A DNA stretch of 64,000 nt, taken from the IMG/VR virus record IMGVR_UViG_3300014204_000013, positions 1-64,000 of that record, one strand, 5' to 3'. Below are positions 39,643 to 47,630 of this stretch, one piece after another. Below the pieces are notes generated by a model. The model did not search any database. It saw only the letters and a list, made by a program, of their open reading frames with translations, and was not told the DNA's origin. How positions within the stretch are numbered: the stretch's first letter is position 1; each line of letters begins with the position of its first letter. The position numbers and the translations under genes were made by a program. This DNA comes from a virus (taxonomy: Duplodnaviria; Caudoviricetes).

Positions 39643-39740
39643 TACTTTTTCTCCTTAGCGAGGCGTTTTAATGCTTCTTTGAGATCCTTATCCACTTGCT
39701 CATTGGCCTTTCTTGCAGCTTCCTTCAGGTCTTTATCCAT
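39642..39740 (-). CDS. 32-aa peptide MDKDLKEAARKANEQVDKDLKEALKRLAKEKK
   Basis: Translated by hand; internal DKDLKEA repeat; TAATG coupling to the giant ORF. Confidence 0.55.
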   Translation of the reverse strand: MDKDLKEAARKANEQVDKDLKEALKRLAKEKK

Positions 39741-39870
39741 GTCAATCACTTATCCAACCATTGTATCTAAGAACTATAAATAGAAGCAACATAGATAAGT
39801 CTTATGCAAATAAAAGTGCAATGTGGACCCATTGAAATGGTAGAGATGCCCCAACTTCGCGATTTCGGAG

Positions 39871-41097
39871 GTGAAGACGATGCCAGAAACCGATCTGACA
39901 GACCTGAGTTACCCGAGTGAGGATATTCTTGCCATCGATAGTAAGATAGATGCTTTGGCAAGACAGTGGCTGGTTAGGATTCAGACCAATTTTTGGCAGT
40001 TCGATGCTGCAGTTAGAACCAGGGTTACTTGGTTTAATGATCAGCACTACAACCCATTAAAAATTTATGAGGGGATTCAAGATCATTATCTGGCATTGCT
40101 TGCGGATTTGAATAAGTTTAAGCAATTTCTTGATGATAACGGATTTCCTAAGACGAGTTCATATTACAATTATTATAATGCGTATGCTCTTTATTATCAA
40201 GGATATGCAGATGTCGCAAAGCCTCCTGCATTGGTTCAAGAGGAATTAGATAGAGGAAAGTTAGTTGGGATCTGTGACAAAGTTGATGACGGTGATACCA
40301 TATTTGTAGATGGTAAAGAAGTTAGATTGGCCGGCATCAATTCTCAGGAAAAGGGAACCTTCCGGGGAGCTGGCCAGGCCACCCAGCGCATGAGAGAACT
40401 GGCACTTGGAAAGACGGTAACAGTATATTTTGACCCGAACACGCCGCTGGAGATGTACCGTAGGGTACTGGGTGCAGTATATCTTGGAGATGGGGATCGC
40501 GAAGATTTATTTACCAGATCAGATTGGAAAGAAATATTCCTGAACTACATCATGGTTAATGAGTGCCTGGCTGAGCCTAATGATAAGGGTAGAAACATGT
40601 ACATCGATCCAGACATGATCAAAGGGGCCTGGCAGAAATGTAAGCTTGCTGATTCTCCAGACATGGTTAGAGTTCACTTCAAATCTACACCCACTCATGC
40701 CAGGTTATATGTCGATGGTAAGGACATGATGACAGCTACTCCTGATTTTGTGGATCTATCGCCAGGTAAGCATCATTTTGTGCTGGCTGCGGAGGGCTGC
40801 AGCGCCTGGCATGAGGATATCGAAGTTGGATTTGGAGATAACAAGATTTTCCGTAAGCTTATGCCATTACCAGTAGCAAACGGAATGATTAGTGTCTTTA
40901 CTACACCGGATGACTGCGATATCATAATGAATGATATGCCGCAGGGAATTGCGCCTTTGATTGGAGTTCAGATGATCGCGAGTGCCCCGGTTGTAATTGT
41001 GGCGGTAAAAGAAGGATATGAATCTAAAACGATAAGCATTGTCCCAATGGCAGGCCGAAACATTGATGTAACCTTTGACCTACTCCAAAAGATTTAA
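39871..41097 (+). CDS. Thermonuclease (SNase) with two PEGA domains
   Basis: VDDGDTI..VRLAGINSQE..MYRRVLGAVY; STPTHARLYVDG and TTPDDCDIIMND PEGA repeats. Likely start ATG 39880 after GGAGGTG. Confidence 0.85.
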   Translation: MKTMPETDLTDLSYPSEDILAIDSKIDALARQWLVRIQTNFWQFDAAVRTRVTWFNDQHYNPLKIYEGIQDHYLALLADLNKFKQFLDDNGFPKTSSYYNYYNAYALYYQGYADVAKPPALVQEELDRGKLVGICDKVDDGDTIFVDGKEVRLAGINSQEKGTFRGAGQATQRMRELALGKTVTVYFDPNTPLEMYRRVLGAVYLGDGDREDLFTRSDWKEIFLNYIMVNECLAEPNDKGRNMYIDPDMIKGAWQKCKLADSPDMVRVHFKSTPTHARLYVDGKDMMTATPDFVDLSPGKHHFVLAAEGCSAWHEDIEVGFGDNKIFRKLMPLPVANGMISVFTTPDDCDIIMNDMPQGIAPLIGVQMIASAPVVIVAVKEGYESKTISIVPMAGRNIDVTFDLLQKI

Positions 41098-41124
41098 GTA
41101 GTTGGAAAGAATAGTAGAGTATAT

Positions 41125-41565
41125 CCTGGCACTGCCCAGTCAGGTTGCTGAAGTCTCGCCAATAGAAACACATCGTTTCCCCGGTGCCATTGTGTACCTC
41201 CTTTCCACCGGGGTTATGATTATCTATGAGAAAAATGCGGTATAGAATTGTGTATGAGAGGCAGTGGAGAGGTCTGCTTCTCTCATAGTTATGAAGAAAT
41301 TCACAAGGGGTCAACAAGGGCTGCGTAAATAGATTCGACCATGGGGTGAGAGTACATGGGTTTCTACGCAGCCCATGCGATTATCCGGCTCGGTAAGTCC
41401 CAAGGAAAGAATGAGGATCTCATGTCCAGACGAATACTTGGGGTCGAGCCAATTTACAGTTCCATGTGTCACCACAGAACCATAAGATTGTGCGATCTTA
41501 TGATTAAGGCTGGCTGTTCTTTGAAACGTGTTGGCAGGCGGGTGAACTCCCTGAAACCTGCCAGG
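41125..41565. ncRNA. Candidate large (~440 nt) multi-helix non-coding RNA, strand undetermined
   Basis: CCTGGCA(41125)/TGCCAGG(41559) end pairing; CCCGGTG/CACCGGG; TATGAGAG/CTCTCATA; GGGCTGCGTA/TACGCAGCCC; GGCTCG..CCCAAG/CTTGGG..CGAGCC; CATAAGAT/ATCTTATG; TGGCAGG/CCTGCCA; no convincing ORF. Confidence 0.65.
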
Positions 41566-41573
41566 CCTTAATA

Positions 41574-41966
41574 TTATAGTGTTAAAGGTAAAATAGCTGC
41601 TTTTCCATCAGGTTTTTGAATTTTAATGATCTTCCCTATCTCTGTTAGATCTATTCCATCTTCGCTAAAAATAAGTAGAACTCCCTTTCCTCGAATAATT
41701 CCATCTGCCAGGGAGTATACGGTGACTGGGTGATTGCTGCTTTCGGTTTTGGCTATACTGGTTTCCAGAAAACCATCATCAACCATGCTTTTGAGATGTG
41801 TTTTGAAGCGATTGATTTTTTTAAGTCGATCCCCATTATTTTCTTTACCATCAGCATCCAATTCTATGCCATAAATTTCGCGCACTAAATCCGTTACTGA
41901 TCTACCACCATTAGCATAGAGTAGTTCGATGGCTTTTAGATCTTCCTTATTCATTTGCCAGGTCAT
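41574..41966 (-). CDS. Winged-helix DNA-binding protein
   Basis: RSVTDLVREIY...FKTHLKSMVDDGFL...TVYSL. Confidence 0.65.
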   Translation of the reverse strand: MTWQMNKEDLKAIELLYANGGRSVTDLVREIYGIELDADGKENNGDRLKKINRFKTHLKSMVDDGFLETSIAKTESSNHPVTVYSLADGIIRGKGVLLIFSEDGIDLTEIGKIIKIQKPDGKAAILPLTL

Positions 41967-42802
41967 TCTTTGATTCCTGCCATTGCAGATTGTATATCTG
42001 GATATTCTTTTCGATATATTCCTGCTGCGATTTTCATTTTATATTTTTGAAGTTTACCTTCTAGTAAAGGATCAGACATGATAGACTTTGAAAATTCTAA
42101 CCAAGCGTTAGTTTTTCCTGCAGGCTTGGGTGTATTGGGTTTATCTGATATAATTTCACGTTCCAATCCAGCCGCCATGAAATTTTCATCGATAACGCTC
42201 ATAGTTTTATCTATCAGATGAGACAGCTCAGATTCACATTCTTGGTTCCCATGTTTGCATAATACCGCTACGTATGTGCCCTGGGCGCTTACGATTTCAG
42301 CATCCTCTGAGCACATTGAGCATGATTCCGAGTCTTTACGTTCTTGTTCCATCAATTTTGAAAAATCATCAAGTTTTCCCAGTTTGATTTTTTCCAACCC
42401 ATCCAGATAAACTTGGGCTTTCTGGATCGCGAGTTTCGAAACTTCTGGATCTACATCGCGAACCTTTTTGTATTCTCCTTTTGTAGGTGTGACTTTAGTA
42501 ACTACTGATTTTACAGTAGTTGCAATGGTGGGGGTATTTGGTTTCCATGCAGGCCTTTTGTAGTGTTCTAAATAGGCAGGTGATACATAAAATGCACATC
42601 CGCACATTTGATCTTCCGGGGGTTTGGCTGGATCTTTTATTCGAGAAATTGCGTCTTCACAGGGGCATGACGGGGCGTGTTTGCAGGGACATTGACCTTC
42701 ATTTTCAGCCAACACTGTCACCCATTCCTGGGGGCTAGTGCGGCTGTGAATCTCGAACCCATTCTGCTGTGCAAAGTCGATCAATTCTTGGGCTTTATCC
42801 AT
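41963..42802 (-). CDS. Protein with an N-terminal ferredoxin:thioredoxin reductase catalytic-like domain
   Basis: FAQQNGF...GQCPC...SCPC...MCGCAFYV (CPC/CPC/CxC pattern); further CSMC. Confidence 0.7.
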   Translation of the reverse strand: MDKAQELIDFAQQNGFEIHSRTSPQEWVTVLAENEGQCPCKHAPSCPCEDAISRIKDPAKPPEDQMCGCAFYVSPAYLEHYKRPAWKPNTPTIATTVKSVVTKVTPTKGEYKKVRDVDPEVSKLAIQKAQVYLDGLEKIKLGKLDDFSKLMEQERKDSESCSMCSEDAEIVSAQGTYVAVLCKHGNQECESELSHLIDKTMSVIDENFMAAGLEREIISDKPNTPKPAGKTNAWLEFSKSIMSDPLLEGKLQKYKMKIAAGIYRKEYPDIQSAMAGIKE

Positions 42803-43230
42803 TATACTCCGGCCTCCAACCTAAGAATTCGAATGATTTTCATTGTTTTTTCAGATATCGGTTTGTTTTCTGCTTCTTGCTTGGCTGCCCAGGCCAATAG
42901 AGCTGCAGAATTGGCACTATTATGCTGTTGGGCAAATTTGATAGATGCTTCAATAAAAGCTTCTGGGTCTTCAGAATTCTCGATAGCTCTAAGCATAACG
43001 GATTCTGCACTTTTTACGCTTTTGATGTCTTTAGCTTCCTCTTCTAATTGACTGCGGCATTTTGCCTTTGATTCTGGATCTGGAAGAAACTCGCACACCG
43101 CACGAGTGGTTGCCCATGCAGTCATTATGCCGGGAAGTAGGCAGGGCATGCATGTTTTTTCTTCTTCTTCAGAAGGTTGTTCAGATATTTCATCTACACG
43201 ACTATCTACGGCATTTGCATTCTCATCCAT
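42802..43230 (-). CDS. Hypothetical protein (CMPC motif)
   Basis: 142-aa ORF in operon. Confidence 0.6.
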   Translation of the reverse strand: MDENANAVDSRVDEISEQPSEEEEKTCMPCLLPGIMTAWATTRAVCEFLPDPESKAKCRSQLEEEAKDIKSVKSAESVMLRAIENSEDPEAFIEASIKFAQQHNSANSAALLAWAAKQEAENKPISEKTMKIIRILRLEAGV

Positions 43231-43242
43231 ATTGTAAACCTC

Positions 43243-43677
43243 TCATCGCTTAATATAATAAGTTTCTTTTAGATTTGGTAAATTTAATGGATCTACGATT
43301 TGTGCAGTACCATCTAAAATGGCAGAAATCAGTCGAGATAATACTGAATTTGGGAATAAAACGATAGGAACTTCTCCTCGGGTCATCAGATCAAACATCT
43401 CTGCTATTATGGATTCCTTACGTACATTATCTGGCAGCTCCTGGGTGGGTTCGCCTTCGCGAATTAAACGATCAGCCACCAGGTGATAATGAGCAGACCA
43501 TGCCGATTCAAGGCTATTAGTTGCTTCTAAAACATCTTGTACTGTCTGGTTATCATGAAATAATCTACGGTGATTGGGACCTTCTTTTGATAAAATATCC
43601 ATTATCTGGTGAACCTCTGGACATTTATGACCTATCATTATATCGTCTATATTATAATGAATTTCATGCTGGGGCAT
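43243..43677 (-). CDS. Hypothetical protein
   Basis: 144-aa ORF; H-rich motifs GPNHRRLFHD and HYHLVAD. Confidence 0.6.
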   Translation of the reverse strand: MPQHEIHYNIDDIMIGHKCPEVHQIMDILSKEGPNHRRLFHDNQTVQDVLEATNSLESAWSAHYHLVADRLIREGEPTQELPDNVRKESIIAEMFDLMTRGEVPIVLFPNSVLSRLISAILDGTAQIVDPLNLPNLKETYYIKR

Positions 43678-43912
43678 CTGGTTGACCTTCCATGGTATTC
43701 ATAGCTTTTAACAGCTCTCCAGTTGTGAATTTAATGCAGAATGTAGTGTAATTGTATTGATTGTCTTTTGTTGTTAATCCGCACCTGGCTGCGAATTCAG
43801 ATGCACTCATGATGTCTGGTAAATCAGCCACCCCTGCACTACCTTGCATTAGATATTTGTGGCCTACTTTATTTGGCGCTTTATCCCACATATATATGTG
43901 AAGAAACAGCAT
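43664..43912 (-). CDS. Hypothetical protein
   Basis: 82-aa ORF heading the leftward operon. Confidence 0.5.
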   Translation of the reverse strand: MLFLHIYMWDKAPNKVGHKYLMQGSAGVADLPDIMSASEFAARCGLTTKDNQYNYTTFCIKFTTGELLKAMNTMEGQPDAPA

Positions 43913-43945
43913 TATTTATATAGCTTTGTATTATACAATAGATTT

Positions 43946-45130
43946 ATGGGAACCAGTAAGAAGGTAGGCAGGCCAGCCTCAGATGAAGTGTCTACAGAGG
44001 CTGCCAAGCAGGTATTGGATGCAAAAAAGATTATTTCTGACGAAACTACCGATAATCTGCTAGAAAGGGCTAATGCAATGCTGGAAAATACTGCAAAAAC
44101 TACACTTTTGAATGCAGCTATCCACAATGCGAAAAAGGCTGAAGTATTTGCTAAACGGGAACTGGAGGAAGCGAAACAGGAAGACGAACCGAAAATATCC
44201 AAGTCATCGGGCTTCAAAATGCATGGCATGTCTCCAGATGACATCCGAACGATAGCCGAGAGTTTACCTGAAGATAAGCGTGAAAATTTCATAAGACAAT
44301 CATTAGGAATGCAGTCTTATAATAACAATCCATTGAATGCATTTATGCAAGCTAAAAATCCAAACCCCGTTGCAGCCAATCCTGCGGCTGGATTGTCATT
44401 TAGCGATTCGTTGCAGGCTATGATGGCTATGATGACATTAAATATGAATCAAGCTCAGATGAGAGCTGATGAATGGCGACAGCAGCAGGAGCATGAGGAA
44501 AAAGCACATCGTAGAAGGATGGATGAACTTCGTGAATTGAAGGGTGGTGCTGTCACCCAGGAATCTGGACCAAATCCACAGGTTGAGGCTATGAAAGTCC
44601 AATTGGATTTTTTTAAAGAAACCATTAAAGAAAATCGCGAGCTTATAAAAGAACTGACCACTGCTCAAAAAGCGGATACTGGTGGAGATGATTTAAGAAA
44701 AGAGATTATGGAACTTACGAAACAAAATCTAGAGATCAAGAATACAGAGCTTGCTCAGAAGTTTGCCAGTTTGGAAGCAAGATTGGGTGATGCTCAGCGG
44801 AACACCATGAATATCAAAGACCTCATAGCTCAAGCCAATTCTGCAGGTGCGAATCTGCATCAGGGAGATGCAACGGACCTACAAATTCAGAACGAACATG
44901 ATTATAAAATGGAAGAGCTAAAGATAAGAACACAGGAGGCAACTGCTGAAAGAGAAGCTAGACGAGCTGAGGCAGAGGCCAAGGCAGCAGAGGCTTACAG
45001 GCAAACTGAGTTACTTAAAACAATAGCTACTGAAGTGGGAAAAGCTGTTGTGCAGAGTAAAATAGGGCCGGTTAAGGATTTGAATTCGTCCAGTCCTGGT
45101 GTTAAGGCTATCGTAGGGGCGATGAAATGA
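43946..45130 (+). CDS. Long coiled-coil protein, possibly a scaffold or virion protein
   Basis: Probable start MGTSKKVG at 43946 (track starts 43859); extensive E/K/Q heptads. Confidence 0.7.
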   Translation: MGTSKKVGRPASDEVSTEAAKQVLDAKKIISDETTDNLLERANAMLENTAKTTLLNAAIHNAKKAEVFAKRELEEAKQEDEPKISKSSGFKMHGMSPDDIRTIAESLPEDKRENFIRQSLGMQSYNNNPLNAFMQAKNPNPVAANPAAGLSFSDSLQAMMAMMTLNMNQAQMRADEWRQQQEHEEKAHRRRMDELRELKGGAVTQESGPNPQVEAMKVQLDFFKETIKENRELIKELTTAQKADTGGDDLRKEIMELTKQNLEIKNTELAQKFASLEARLGDAQRNTMNIKDLIAQANSAGANLHQGDATDLQIQNEHDYKMEELKIRTQEATAEREARRAEAEAKAAEAYRQTELLKTIATEVGKAVVQSKIGPVKDLNSSSPGVKAIVGAMK

Positions 45131-45486
45131 GTTTATCCGGATTAGATGTTATTCTGGATACGTTTAAGTCTATGACAAACGAAATTCCAGATGAGGCAAC
45201 GGTTAAAGGTTTACTGATGCAATCAACTGTTCTTGGAGTGGATGCTTCTATTAAAGTTATTATCAAATCAAATACCTGGATAACTGCATTGCCCTATTTG
45301 CATGAAGCTGTTGGTGATATTCCGGAAGATCAAAATCATGAGATTGCGGTAAGGTTGTTAAATGTGGCAGAAGAACTTTGGCCAAGCTTTATATCAAGCG
45401 TGGAACATAGTAAAAAGAAGACTACTCACATCGCGAATATGCTAAAACTGATAATTCAGGAGATTCGAAATGGCTCTACCGATTGA
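45127..45486 (+). CDS. Hypothetical helical protein
   Basis: 119-aa ORF, ATGA-coupled. Confidence 0.6.
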   Translation: MSLSGLDVILDTFKSMTNEIPDEATVKGLLMQSTVLGVDASIKVIIKSNTWITALPYLHEAVGDIPEDQNHEIAVRLLNVAEELWPSFISSVEHSKKKTTHIANMLKLIIQEIRNGSTD

Positions 45487-46327
45487 AATTTTAAAAGACG
45501 ATAAATATGGAATTAATGGACCGTTTCGGGTCTACCATGTACCGGAAGGTCAAGGTTTGAAAGATGGAGCAATTGAAGATTTTAGGCAACCAATTGATTT
45601 CGATGGAAATCATAGACCTCTTGTCTATCTGCAGCTTACAAAAAATCCATTAACTAAAAAATTTGTGCCATATTCAATTTATTATGATGCAACTGCATAT
45701 ACGGATGAAATGATTATGGCAATTCCTACGTTAGGTGAAGTTGGGCAGAAATGTTCCTATTGTCAAGCTCGAAACGATGCAACAAAGGCTTTGGCTATTC
45801 CCGAAGAATCCTCTATTGAACCCACATCATTCGAAAGGGTGTCACAGACAATTCAAAATGCACAAAGACCTGTAGATGCACCTGTGAAATACATGGATAT
45901 GGGTAATATTGTAACCCCGTCATTTGTTTCTGCCGGGATCGATGTGTTATCTAAAGTTTTTTGTGAACCCCTGGGTGAAGCTCTTATCAAGATTGGGATG
46001 GCCGGATTGACATCGATTGCTGCTGGTTGGGCTTCGGAAGGAGGCACCCAGGCTGCTTGGCGAAAGATATCCGAGGACATAGTTCGCGACTACAAAATAT
46101 GTCCGACTGATATACCAAAAATTCAGCAAAACGTTGTCGCGATGAAAGATGCCCTCATGAAAGATCGAGGAAATATCATAGGAGCTGTATCTGCCGGCGC
46201 GTTTAAGAATTTTGGAAAGATCGCAAAAGAGCATGGATTCGAAGTTTCGGCACAAGGGCAGTTTGCCGGTAGAGCGTCTGTCGCGATTTCACCCATGCAA
46301 AGAGGACCTGGGAGGGCTATAGATTGA
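45470..46327 (+). CDS. Hypothetical protein with CxxC and an amphipathic/hydrophobic C-terminal half
   Basis: CSYCQ; LIKIGMAGLTSIAAGWA. Confidence 0.65.
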   Translation: MALPIEILKDDKYGINGPFRVYHVPEGQGLKDGAIEDFRQPIDFDGNHRPLVYLQLTKNPLTKKFVPYSIYYDATAYTDEMIMAIPTLGEVGQKCSYCQARNDATKALAIPEESSIEPTSFERVSQTIQNAQRPVDAPVKYMDMGNIVTPSFVSAGIDVLSKVFCEPLGEALIKIGMAGLTSIAAGWASEGGTQAAWRKISEDIVRDYKICPTDIPKIQQNVVAMKDALMKDRGNIIGAVSAGAFKNFGKIAKEHGFEVSAQGQFAGRASVAISPMQRGPGRAID

Positions 46328-46536
46328 GTCTTACAGATATTAAGAAGGCAATTGGATTACTTCGCAGTGGGGCGTTATATCCAGCCACTCTTCGCGAAGC
46401 ACAGCAGTTGGTGATATCAAGTGGCCAGCGAGTAAATGATATTGGAGTAGCAATATATTATGCTGAAAAAGGTGATAGGGAGAATGCGAGGAAGGCTGCA
46501 GGGAAGGCTGCAGATACATTAGCTAGGATGGTTTAA
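46324..46536 (+). CDS. Small helical protein
   Basis: 70-aa ORF, TTG start overlapping the upstream stop. Confidence 0.5.
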   Translation: MSLTDIKKAIGLLRSGALYPATLREAQQLVISSGQRVNDIGVAIYYAEKGDRENARKAAGKAADTLARMV

Positions 46537-47328
46537 TTCTGACATTTCTTTTTTAGTGTAGTAACTATGTCCATCATAGATTTCATCTATAATATGATGG
46601 AATATTGCTTCCCAACGAGGTCTATTTGAGTTTGTTCGGATATGGCATTTACGGCACAACGCTGCAAAATGTACAGGTTTTCCATCGCAGCAGGCGTTTT
46701 TGTCATAGGTTACGTGATGACAGGAAAGAAGTTCTTTGTTCTCTTCTGTTGTTTTTCCACATATGATACATCTATATTTAAAAAATGCTCTTATACGTCT
46801 TCGTAAATCCTGAGTCCATTTTGGACAATAAGGTTCGAAACTTTTACCTCCTTCCCATCGTCCATTTTTTTCTCCAAAATTCATACAATTTGCACGATTA
46901 TTTGGACGTTCCATAACCTTTCTTACAGCGATAGATGTTTTTAATCTTGCATCTGGATTCAAATATCTGGCTTTTACTATGTCTGACATCTTTTTCCGAT
47001 ATTCTGGAGTTTGGGTTGTTTTCGATATAGATGCTGATAATTTTGCTCTAGTTTCCATGGTTATGATTCTAGGTTTACGTGCTGATATATTTTTACGTAC
47101 TTCTGGATTTGTCATTGCATGTTTCGTAGCTATTGATATTCGTTGTTTATCTTCAGATGTAAATGTATAAGCTTTACGATTTTTTAATAGTTTCGCCCGT
47201 TCTACCGGATCTTCAAATCGTTTTTTTGCAGCCAATGATCGTTTTGCTTTGGTTTCAGGGGTTTGGCTTTTTAATTTATTAGCTGCAGATATCTTAGCTT
47301 TATGTTCATCTGAAAGATGTTTAGTCAT
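46519..47328 (-). CDS. NUMOD3-repeat HNH homing endonuclease
   Basis: HLSDEHKAKIS-type repeats; GEKNGRWEGGK; CIICG..LSCHH..ALCRKCH. Confidence 0.85.
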   Translation of the reverse strand: MTKHLSDEHKAKISAANKLKSQTPETKAKRSLAAKKRFEDPVERAKLLKNRKAYTFTSEDKQRISIATKHAMTNPEVRKNISARKPRIITMETRAKLSASISKTTQTPEYRKKMSDIVKARYLNPDARLKTSIAVRKVMERPNNRANCMNFGEKNGRWEGGKSFEPYCPKWTQDLRRRIRAFFKYRCIICGKTTEENKELLSCHHVTYDKNACCDGKPVHFAALCRKCHIRTNSNRPRWEAIFHHIIDEIYDGHSYYTKKEMSELNHPS

Positions 47329-47337
47329 GTTGGAATC

Positions 47338-47502
47338 TCAGTCTACTGCAAGTTTTTGCCTAGTTTTTTGCATTTCGGGATGGTTTGACATCCACTGTTT
47401 AATAAGTTCACGAACTACAGCACTGGCTGAAGTATCATTTATACGACATCTGATCATGAAGTCCTTTTGATCAAGATCATTCATCTTTACTACAAGTGGC
47501 AT
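47338..47502 (-). CDS. Ribbon-helix-helix regulator, 54 aa (absent from the ORF track)
   Basis: MPLVVKMNDLDQKDFMIRCRINDTSASAVVRELIKQWM; divergent from the capsid-candidate gene. Confidence 0.7.
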   Translation of the reverse strand: MPLVVKMNDLDQKDFMIRCRINDTSASAVVRELIKQWMSNHPEMQKTRQKLAVD

Positions 47503-47566
47503 ATGATATACTTGGTAATTATGATATATATAGTTAGCTATACTTTACTATGATATGATATATATA
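47503..47566. promoter_or_regulatory. ATGATATA direct repeats in a divergent promoter region (candidate operator)
   Basis: Copies at 47503, 47521 and 47555. Confidence 0.45.
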
Positions 47567-47630
47567 GAAGAGTATTTATATCATGTAATGTTGTATATAT
47601 GTAATTGCTATGATGCAAGGAGTGTAAAAT

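Noticed and set aside
31751-39658. Many + strand track ORFs antisense to the giant gene (also 7044..7628, 10121..10714, 20280..21065, 62201..62443)
   Set aside because: Shadow frames of low-complexity coding sequence, with no RBS or motifs.
41110-41380. Group I intron (R/S-like GAGACUU and GGAUAUACUC on the minus strand; Q-like ACGCAGCC)
   Set aside because: P7 would contain a C-C mismatch, the P3 order is wrong, there is no P9, and no gene is interrupted. Kept only as an unclassified RNA.
41125-41565. RNase P, SRP or group II intron RNA
   Set aside because: No GAGGAAAGUCC/ACAGAA..GGCUUA pair, no SRP helix-8 motif and no complete domain V.
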